Shown here in pieces: positions 56,735 to 64,000 of a DNA stretch of 64,000 bases. The notes under the pieces were generated by a model. The model did not search any database. It was not told where the DNA came from and saw only the letters and a program-made list of their open reading frames with translations. The stretch lies in NCBI GenBank assembly GCA_965208835.1, contig OZ242358.1, forward strand, positions 3,488,001 through 3,552,000, given 5' to 3'. This stretch comes from Candidatus Latescibacterota bacterium. GTDB taxonomy: Bacteria; Latescibacterota; UBA2968; GCA-2709665. How positions within the stretch are numbered: position 1 is the first letter of the stretch; each line of letters begins with the position of its first letter. The position numbers and the translations under genes were made by a program.

Positions 56735-57541
56735 ATGTCCGAACTCGATCGTCTCGTCAAGCTGATGGCCCGGTTGCGCGGCCCCGACGGATGTCCCTGG
56801 GACCGGGAGCAAACGCACCAGAGCCTCAAACCCTATCTGATTGAAGAAACCTACGAAGCCCTGGACGCCATCGACAGGGAAGACGACGATGGCCTGCGGG
56901 ACGAATTGGGCGATGTACTCCTTCAGATCGTCTTTCACGCGCAGCTTGCCCGGGAGGAATCCCGGTTCACGTTGGAAGACGTGGCTGCGGCCACGTCCGA
57001 AAAACTCATTCGCAGGCATCCGCACGTGTTCGGGAGCGCCACCGCAAATACCCCCGGACAGGTGGTTGAAAACTGGGAAGCCATCAAATTGAACGAAAAG
57101 CGGGAAAGGGGCCTGACCCCATCCATCCTCGACGGCATTCCAGGGCAGCTCCCCTCACTGCTCAAGGCACGACGCGTTCAGGAGCGGGCGGCACGTTCCG
57201 GCTTCGACTGGGAAGATTCGGGCGAGGTTGAAGACAAGGTGCGCGAGGAAGTGGACGAGTTCCTCGAAGCGTGGCGGGACGCGGACAACAGGGGTGTAGA
57301 AGAAGAATTCGGCGACCTCCTGTTCTCTCTGGTCAACCTCGCCAGGTTTCTGAAGGTCTGCCCTGAAGAATCGCTTCGGAAAACCGTCGGGAAATTCGAG
57401 TACCGCTTCCGTTATATCGAGCAGGAGCTTGGAAGGCAGGGCAAGAACCCGCAAAACGCCAGCATGGAAGAAATGGACCGGCTGTGGGAGGCATCCAAGA
57501 AACAGCAGTCGAAAAATGCGTCCGCCGATCGCGATTCATGA
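56735..57541 (+). CDS. mazG: Nucleoside triphosphate pyrophosphohydrolase MazG
   Basis: LRGPDGCPWDREQTHQSL, EETYE, ELGDVLLQIVFHA, KLIRRHPHVFG, GFDW, EEFGDLLF. Confidence 0.96.
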   Translation: MSELDRLVKLMARLRGPDGCPWDREQTHQSLKPYLIEETYEALDAIDREDDDGLRDELGDVLLQIVFHAQLAREESRFTLEDVAAATSEKLIRRHPHVFGSATANTPGQVVENWEAIKLNEKRERGLTPSILDGIPGQLPSLLKARRVQERAARSGFDWEDSGEVEDKVREEVDEFLEAWRDADNRGVEEEFGDLLFSLVNLARFLKVCPEESLRKTVGKFEYRFRYIEQELGRQGKNPQNASMEEMDRLWEASKKQQSKNASADRDS

Positions 57542-57608
57542 CAGTCCGCTGTTCAAGTCGCGCTGCAGATAAGATGATGGTGTCCGGTCCCCTGAATGAA
57601 CCCCGAAT

Positions 57609-58565
57609 TCAACGCCCTGCCACGCGTTCATACACCTGCACCGCCGCCATCAGATCCTGGATCGCCATTCCCGTAAAATAGGCAATCGCACCCTGGCCGC
57701 GCCGGTCTTCCAGTCGGCCCAGTGCCGCGTCTCCAATGTTCAGTACGCGCCCCTCGCCGTCTGCGGCCAACCGGTCCCCGCCCAGACCGGCCAACAGGAA
57801 ATCTCCCGACTTCAGAACCTGTTCCGGATGGTCTGCAACCACCTCCCGGCTGCTCAAGAGCCCGGGATCGAGTTGCGCCGTCCTCGGGTCGCCCGCGATT
57901 ACGGACAGATGCACCGCATCGCCAACGTCCCGCGGTCCCAGGATCGGTCTGGGCGTGGGAACGGCCGTCATCACGGCATCCGCCCCATCCAGACAGTCGC
58001 CAATCGCGTTCGCACTCCTTATACGGGCGTTCACCTTTGGCTGTACGAACGCGGCGAACGCCTCGACGTTGGCGGCGCTCCGGCTGGTCGCCCTGATCTC
58101 TCGCGGCCCCAGGGCCGCGTCGGCGCACAGCGCAAGCGCGCGTGATATGCGTCCGGTACCCACAATCGCCAGCACCTCCGTACTGGCGGCAAGATAGCGG
58201 ACGCCGAGCACGCCCGCTGCGCCCGTCCGCATATTGGTCAGATATTCCGCATCCAGCTCCGCGCTCCGGCCCGTTGCAACGTCATCCAGTTCGATCACCG
58301 CGGTGCGCCCCGCAAGCCGCCCGGAAGCAACATCCGACCGCTCCACGATCACCTTTCTCGCACGGTAACGCCGGGGCCACTCCGCAGGCATCTCCAGGCG
58401 GAACACATCCGCGCCGTCCGTCCTTCGCACGTCTTCACGGCGCGGCGGATTCAGCACCTCTCCCGATCCATAGAGGCGGAACGCACGGTCACAGCCTTCC
58501 ACAACCTCCCCGGCGCACAGTATTCCCGCTATTTCGGCATCTGAAATCCGTAATTTTCCATCCAA
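57609..58565 (-). CDS. Ornithine cyclodeaminase/mu-crystallin family protein
   Basis: LTNMRTGAAG, AIVGTGRI, ADAVMTA, TGMAIQDL; start uncertain (TTG 58565 after GGAGGG). Confidence 0.85.
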   Translation of the reverse strand: MDGKLRISDAEIAGILCAGEVVEGCDRAFRLYGSGEVLNPPRREDVRRTDGADVFRLEMPAEWPRRYRARKVIVERSDVASGRLAGRTAVIELDDVATGRSAELDAEYLTNMRTGAAGVLGVRYLAASTEVLAIVGTGRISRALALCADAALGPREIRATSRSAANVEAFAAFVQPKVNARIRSANAIGDCLDGADAVMTAVPTPRPILGPRDVGDAVHLSVIAGDPRTAQLDPGLLSSREVVADHPEQVLKSGDFLLAGLGGDRLAADGEGRVLNIGDAALGRLEDRRGQGAIAYFTGMAIQDLMAAVQVYERVAGR

Positions 58566-58780
58566 TCGTCCACCCTCCGTTGCATTTACCCGGACTTGGT
58601 AACCGTCCAAACGAACTTACGCGACTGTTGTCGCATTGTGAAGAGAAAAGTGACGGGACGCCACGGGATTCCGATCCGCTTCAGGCACGGAAATTCGACT
58701 TGACGGGCTCCGGCTCCGGAACAATATTGAAAGCCCGTTTCAAGCACTTTCGTCGCCCAATTCCAAAAACGAGGCATCTC

Positions 58781-59947
58781 ATGAAGATTACGGACGTCGA
58801 GACTTTCATCGCTGGCAACCCGTGGAAGAACTGGCTGTTTACACGCGTACATACGGACGAGGGGATATACGGCGTCGGCGAGGGCACGGTCAATTTCATG
58901 GCCAGGACCGTGGAATCGGCTATCCACGAACTCAGGCCGCAGTGGGAAGGCCAGGACCCGTTCCAGCCCGAACGCATCGTCCAGCGGATGTACCGCGACG
59001 TGTACACCGACGGCGGTCAGATTCACAAACACGCGGTGGCCGCCATCGAAGTCGCGTGCTGGGACATCATGGGCAAGTGTCTGAACAAGCCCGTCTACCA
59101 GCTTTTGGGCGGCCAGATGCGCGACAGGATCAGGGCCTATGCGAACGGCTGGTATCGCGGCCCGCGGACGCCGGAGAACTTTCACGAGAAGGCGCTCGAC
59201 GTGGTCCGCCGCGGGTACACGGCCCTTAAATTCGATCCTTTCGGTTCCGCCTACCAGATCACGGACCTGGATGACGAGGCGCTGGCCATCGACATCATCG
59301 CGGCGGTACGCGACGCAGTGGGACCCGGCGTGGACGTTCTCGTGGAGGGCCACTGCCGATTCAGCACATCCACCGCCCTCAAATTCGCCCGGAAGATGGA
59401 ACCTTACAACCCCACCTGGTTTGAGGAGCCGACGCCCCACCACAAAATCGATGCCCTTGCCCAGGTTGCGAGAGAGTCGCCGGTGCCCATCGCCACGGGG
59501 GAAAGCCTCCATACGAAGTACCAATTCGCCGAACTGCTGAAACACGACGTCGTCCACATCCTTCAGCCGGAGCCGCTGGCATGCGGCGGGCTCTGGTCAA
59601 CCCGAATGATCTGCGATATGGTCGACGCGCACTATGGCGTGGTCGCGCCGCACGACGCGCAGGGCCCCGTCTGCACAGCCATATGCCTTCAACTCGCGGC
59701 GTGTACGCCCAACCACTTCATACAGGAGACCTTCGACGAATTCAACGTGGAGTGGGAACGGGACCTGGTTACGGGCGAAGGGTATGATGTCGTCGACGGC
59801 CACTTCGACGTACCCGCCTCGCCCGGCCTGGGCATCGATCTCAACGTGGACGAGATTCGTAAACACCCCTATTCCGTGAACAACCACCTGCCGCTGTTCA
59901 GGGACGGCTGGGAACGCCGCGTTTCCCAGGAGGAGGTGACGTCATGA
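58781..59947 (+). CDS. Mandelate racemase/galactonate dehydratase-like enolase superfamily protein
   Basis: MKITDVETF, V.TDEGIYGVGE, WDIMGK....PVYQLLGG, KFDPFG, VEGH, WFEEP, TGE, APH; start ATG 58781. Confidence 0.92.
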   Translation: MKITDVETFIAGNPWKNWLFTRVHTDEGIYGVGEGTVNFMARTVESAIHELRPQWEGQDPFQPERIVQRMYRDVYTDGGQIHKHAVAAIEVACWDIMGKCLNKPVYQLLGGQMRDRIRAYANGWYRGPRTPENFHEKALDVVRRGYTALKFDPFGSAYQITDLDDEALAIDIIAAVRDAVGPGVDVLVEGHCRFSTSTALKFARKMEPYNPTWFEEPTPHHKIDALAQVARESPVPIATGESLHTKYQFAELLKHDVVHILQPEPLACGGLWSTRMICDMVDAHYGVVAPHDAQGPVCTAICLQLAACTPNHFIQETFDEFNVEWERDLVTGEGYDVVDGHFDVPASPGLGIDLNVDEIRKHPYSVNNHLPLFRDGWERRVSQEEVTS

Positions 59948-61314
59948 ACGTGGTCTTCATAGTACTCGACAGCTTTCGACAGGATCACGTGAGCCTGTAC
60001 AACGGCGGCGTCGCACCCTTTTCCGGTATCGACCCGTGCAGGACGCCGAATATCGATGCGTTTTCCGAGGAGGCAGTGGTCTTCGACAACGCCTATCCGG
60101 AAGCCCTGCCGACCATTCCCATCCGCTGTCAGCTGATGACCGGCCAGCGCACGCTGCACAGCCGCGGCTGGCAGCCCCTCACCGCGGAAGACGTACACGT
60201 CGCCCAGATCCTCTCTGAAGAGGGATATGTCTGCGGGCTCGTCACGGATACCTACCACTTTCGCGCTCCCGGAATGAACTACCACCGGAACTTCGCCTCG
60301 TACGACTGGATCCGCGGCCAGGAATACGATCCCTGGATCAGTGCGCCAACCCGGCGCAATATCGAAGAATACGTCAACGGCAATTTTCCCGAGACCTGGC
60401 GCAGGCGCATTTCGCAATTCCTGGCCAATACCGACGGCTTCCACTCGAAGGAAGACGAATTTGCGTGGAAGGTGGTCGACAGCGCCATAGACTGGCTGGA
60501 ATCGAACCGGGCGCACGAAAACGTCATGCTCTGGGTGGATTCGTTCGACCCTCACGAACCGTGGAATCCCGTTCCGGAATTCGACAGCTACACCGATCCC
60601 GGGTACCGGGGTCCGCGCCTCATCATGCCGATGGGCGGATTGTCGGAAGACTGGGCTTCATCGGACGAGATCTCCCATGTCCAGGGTCTCTACGCGGGGG
60701 AATGCGCCTTTGTGGACCACTGCCTCGGCCGGTTGTTCGATGCCCTCGGAAACCTGGGATATTACGACGACAGCGTTATCTTTCTGCTGGCCGACCACGG
60801 ACATCCCCTGAATGACCACGGAAAATTCCTGAAGGGCGCGGACCGGATGTACAATGAGCTGCTCAAGGTACCGTTCATGGTCAGACTGCCGGGAGGGAAA
60901 CACGGCGGTCGCCGGACGTCAGCGATCGTCCAGTACCAGGACGTGCTGCCCACCCTCCTCGACGCGCTCGACCTGGAAGGCAACGCCGATGCAATGGCGG
61001 GCCGGAGCTTCATGTCCGTGCTCACCGGAGATTCGGACGAACACCGGCGGACGATGATCACCGGTTACCACGGCGGAATCGACCGATGTACCCGTGACAA
61101 CACCTGGAGTTACATCCAGCGCCCCGAGGGCGAACCCGACGAACTGTACCACCTTACGGACGACCCGAAGGAAAAAAGCAACCTCATCGACGATCACCCC
61201 GACGAGGCGGTGCGCCTGGCCGGCGCGTTCGGCAAAGTGTTCAAGCGCCGGTTTTCGAATACGGTTAAAGGCGTCCAGGGGGAATACGAAATGGCATCGT
61301 CGAGCATCGACTGA
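59944..61314 (+). CDS. Sulfatase-like hydrolase
   Basis: VLDSFRQD, PTIPIRCQLMTG, FDPHEPW, ADHG, ELY....DPKEKSNL. Confidence 0.88.
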   Translation: MNVVFIVLDSFRQDHVSLYNGGVAPFSGIDPCRTPNIDAFSEEAVVFDNAYPEALPTIPIRCQLMTGQRTLHSRGWQPLTAEDVHVAQILSEEGYVCGLVTDTYHFRAPGMNYHRNFASYDWIRGQEYDPWISAPTRRNIEEYVNGNFPETWRRRISQFLANTDGFHSKEDEFAWKVVDSAIDWLESNRAHENVMLWVDSFDPHEPWNPVPEFDSYTDPGYRGPRLIMPMGGLSEDWASSDEISHVQGLYAGECAFVDHCLGRLFDALGNLGYYDDSVIFLLADHGHPLNDHGKFLKGADRMYNELLKVPFMVRLPGGKHGGRRTSAIVQYQDVLPTLLDALDLEGNADAMAGRSFMSVLTGDSDEHRRTMITGYHGGIDRCTRDNTWSYIQRPEGEPDELYHLTDDPKEKSNLIDDHPDEAVRLAGAFGKVFKRRFSNTVKGVQGEYEMASSSID

Positions 61315-61356
61315 ACCGGCACTATACTGAGCACCCCACTCATACGAGGAGACCCC

Positions 61357-62097
61357 GTGGAAAATCCCGTCAAAGCGAAACTCCTCAGGGGCGAACTGTC
61401 CCTGGGAGGCTGGCTGAACCTGGGTTCGCCGCTCGCCGCGGAAGTCATGGCAGCCGCAGGATACGAGTGGCTGGCGATAGACGCCGAACACTCGCCGTTC
61501 GACATCCCGCTCATCGCGGACACGTTCCGCGCAATCGAGGCCCGGGGCGCCGTGCCCTTCGTCCGTGCGTGGGACCACGATCCTGTTTCGCTTGCGCGCA
61601 TCCTGGACGCGGGCGCCTACGGCATCATCGTACCGCACGTGAGTACACCACGGCAGGCAGAAGCCCTTGTGCAGGCCATGCGCTATCCTCCCGAGGGCGC
61701 CCGTTCAGCCGGAACGGGAAGGGTCGCCGTGTACGGCGACGAATATCGCCGGTGCGCCAACGACGCGGTGATGATCGTGCCGCAGATTGAAGATATGGAA
61801 GGGATCAACAACACCGAAGCCATCATGTCGGTCGAGGGAATCGACGTCGGTTTCCTCGGGCCCGGCGACCTGGCCCTTTCAATGGGCGTGAACCGGGGCC
61901 ATCCGGACCACGAGGCCGCCATTCAGACGTTCGTCTCCGGATGCAAAAAAGCCGGCAAGCCCTATGGGATGCCGGAACGCGAGCTGGAGATCGTCCGGAA
62001 ACGCATACGCGAGGGATTTACGTTCATGGACATCGCCAGCGATCTGCGCACCCTCGAAGCAGCCGTACAGGATGCGCTGGCCGAGGCCGGGACCTGA
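61357..62097 (+). CDS. HpcH/HpaI class II aldolase
   Basis: IDAEHSP, ILDAGA.GIIVPHV, RYPPEG.R, QIED, FLGPGDL. Confidence 0.92.
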   Translation: MENPVKAKLLRGELSLGGWLNLGSPLAAEVMAAAGYEWLAIDAEHSPFDIPLIADTFRAIEARGAVPFVRAWDHDPVSLARILDAGAYGIIVPHVSTPRQAEALVQAMRYPPEGARSAGTGRVAVYGDEYRRCANDAVMIVPQIEDMEGINNTEAIMSVEGIDVGFLGPGDLALSMGVNRGHPDHEAAIQTFVSGCKKAGKPYGMPERELEIVRKRIREGFTFMDIASDLRTLEAAVQDALAEAGT

Positions 62098-62188
62098 AAA
62101 ACCAGGCGGTGCAGCCGGCACGCCTGTTTTCGTCGCGTCAAATTGTCACGTACCGGGACGTGGCGCGGTGTCCTTGGTGGGGGTCGCA

Positions 62189-62863
62189 ATGGAATCGCCG
62201 GAAAGTGTACCCTCGAACAAGCTGAAGACCTGGCTCTTCAACCCGTTCTACTACATCGCGGGCGGAGTCGCCCTCGGCGTCGGGCTGGCCGTCATGGTGA
62301 TCGCCAGCCTCGTCGGCGCGGCTACGAATTACCACTTCGACGGTGTCATCGACCTCCATTCGGGTACGCCCGCCCCGGCGTGGGTCTTTGTCGCTGAAAA
62401 CCTGATCAACTGGCTTGTGATGGGCGTTCTGGTCTATCTCGCGGGCCGGCTGATTTCCCGGAGCCGGATCCGCCTGCTGGATGTGTTCGGCACGCAGGCA
62501 CTGGCGCGCGCGCCGATGGCGATCACCCTATTCTGCGTGCTCCTCCCCGGTTTCAGGCGCGTTACAGACCACCTGGCCGGACAGCTGATGCAAGGTTCGA
62601 CCCGGTTCGAGTCCGGCACCTCAGGGCGCGATCTCATCTCCTTCTCACAGGTTGAAGCACTCGACCTGGCCGTTTTCGTCCTGGCGGTCGTTCTGGCGCT
62701 GCTTCTGCTCGTCTGGACGGTGTTGCTGATGTACCGCGCTTTCGCCGTCGCCTGCAACGTGGGCGGGGGCAGAGCCATCGGCGTATTCACGGTCGTCATC
62801 CTGCTTGGCGAGGTCCTTTCCAAAGTGTCTATCGGCGCGCTCCTCGCGGCAATCCAGGTTTAG
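62189..62863 (+). CDS. Yip1-like multi-pass membrane protein
   Basis: Five hydrophobic segments; LFNPF..IAG, FDGVIDLH, DVFGTQALAR.P; start ATG 62189. Confidence 0.65.
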   Translation: MESPESVPSNKLKTWLFNPFYYIAGGVALGVGLAVMVIASLVGAATNYHFDGVIDLHSGTPAPAWVFVAENLINWLVMGVLVYLAGRLISRSRIRLLDVFGTQALARAPMAITLFCVLLPGFRRVTDHLAGQLMQGSTRFESGTSGRDLISFSQVEALDLAVFVLAVVLALLLLVWTVLLMYRAFAVACNVGGGRAIGVFTVVILLGEVLSKVSIGALLAAIQV

Positions 62864-63002
62864 TCCCGGAATACCAAAACTCGCCGGCCCGAAGTACCGG
62901 ACCGGCGAGCCCAAACCGCCATCAGTCTGTCAGACACGGATGGACCGCGCCCTGCCCGCAGGCCATCGTGAAAAACTGAATTCGGAATCCACGCACGATC
63001 GA

Positions 63003-64000
63003 TCAGGCCAGATTCCCCTCCGCGCGACTCTTCGAGCCTGTCACCACTACCGGCTCCTTCATGCCTACGCACATATTGCCGCCTATCAGATTGAAATCGC
63101 TGGACCCGCTCTCCACGATGCCGCAGGTCTGCGTGGGAGCCGTCTGATCGTCGGCGCAACGGTTGCCCCGGACAATCGTCCGATCAAGGTCGTGCAGCCT
63201 GATCCCGGGCCATCGTCCCGGCGCTTCCTGCGAATTGCTCAACAGCAGGTTGCCGGAAAGCATGTGCTCCTCTCCCCTGCTGGCGTCGATTCCGCAACGT
63301 CCGTTGTACGCGCAGACATTATCGCTGACGATATTGTGGTGATCGCCTCCGTTCGCGACCCCGCCGATTCCGTGCTGACCGTTACGTGAGAACACGCTGT
63401 CGCTGCAAACCGTATGGTGTACCTTGGCGCAGAAGAAAAACCCGTCGCCGCCGTTGCCTTCGGCGATATTGTGGGACCAGATACTTGCGCGCAGGGCCGT
63501 GCCGGGGTGAAATCCGTGACCTCTGCACCCGTGCGCCTGGCATTGCACCACCTGGACGTCGCTGCCTCTTTGAATGCCGATACCGTCGCTTGGCCAGTCC
63601 GACACCGTGCAATTCACCACCCTCACCCGCCGGCATCCGACCAGATGGACCGCCGCGTACGTGAAATCCCACCAGGGTCCCCGGTAGTCTTCCGGACCCC
63701 GTATGGTTAGCCCCTGAATCTCGATATCGACCACATCCCGCGCGTGAATCGCCGGAAAAAGACGCACGGCGCGCGCGTTGTCAGCCACCTTCAAGTCCCG
63801 TTCCATCGGTACGTCGATCCGGACGCGAGTGCCGCTTCGCTCCCGTACGACACCGTGGGTACCGTGCCAACCGGTCTGACGATCGTCGCACAACCCGACC
63901 GCGTCGCCCGCCTGGAACGGCGGACGTGCAAGGCATTCGAACTCGTACTCGCCGTGATGCGCGTCCTTTTCCAGGGCGACCGATTCCGGCGGCCCTATCG
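63003..64000 (-). CDS. Right-handed parallel beta-helix (pectate lyase-like) protein, 5' end outside window
   Basis: Repeated N..G.GI/GF beta-helix units; frame is open to position 64000. Confidence 0.8.
   Translation of the reverse strand, partial: IGPPESVALEKDAHHGEYEFECLARPPFQAGDAVGLCDDRQTGWHGTHGVVRERSGTRVRIDVPMERDLKVADNARAVRLFPAIHARDVVDIEIQGLTIRGPEDYRGPWWDFTYAAVHLVGCRRVRVVNCTVSDWPSDGIGIQRGSDVQVVQCQAHGCRGHGFHPGTALRASIWSHNIAEGNGGDGFFFCAKVHHTVCSDSVFSRNGQHGIGGVANGGDHHNIVSDNVCAYNGRCGIDASRGEEHMLSGNLLLSNSQEAPGRWPGIRLHDLDRTIVRGNRCADDQTAPTQTCGIVESGSSDFNLIGGNMCVGMKEPVVVTGSKSRAEGNLA

Noticed and set aside
58142-58780. N-terminal 213-aa extension of the dehydratase ORF
   Set aside because: Overlaps the opposite-strand OCD gene; the family N-terminus MKITDVE starts at 58781 after GAGG

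Overview
GC-rich bacterial chromosomal window, mostly housekeeping and catabolic genes. The efp-accB-accC-gcvH order, the 'DFDGxGxVxFxDFLxFAANxG' C-terminal tags and the 'WSLPEGA..RLGKG' WD40 N-terminus suggest an FCB-group organism such as Latescibacterota, possibly host- or sponge-associated; this is inference only. Core genes: scpA/scpB, gcvH, accBC, efp, bioB, mnmG, smpB, an amidase, a stand-alone DnaC-like ATPase, rdgB, an Slt transglycosylase, galU, mazG and a selA-selB-selC(tRNA-Sec) cluster. Accessory genes: an 11-kb cluster with two heparinase II/III-like lyases, a beta-propeller and a NanA/DHDPS-type aldolase; a split WD40 gene; and several sugar-acid and sulfatase-like genes. The most notable signals are: (i) a 2-oxoacid:ferredoxin oxidoreductase operon with a stand-alone CBS protein and a CBS pair fused to the beta subunit; (ii) many non-autonomous elements, namely six copies of a 99-160 bp TIR element, a 90-bp element at the accB stop codon, a 46-bp TIR-only element before selA and a REP-like palindrome, several placed on stop codons inside operons; (iii) a 1.3-kb gene-free region with a near-consensus promoter and a hidden ~220-bp degenerate duplication; (iv) candidate structured RNAs upstream of smpB and of the HNH nuclease. 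No transposase, integrase, reverse transcriptase, CRISPR array or rRNA was recognised. All calls are by eye, without database searches.
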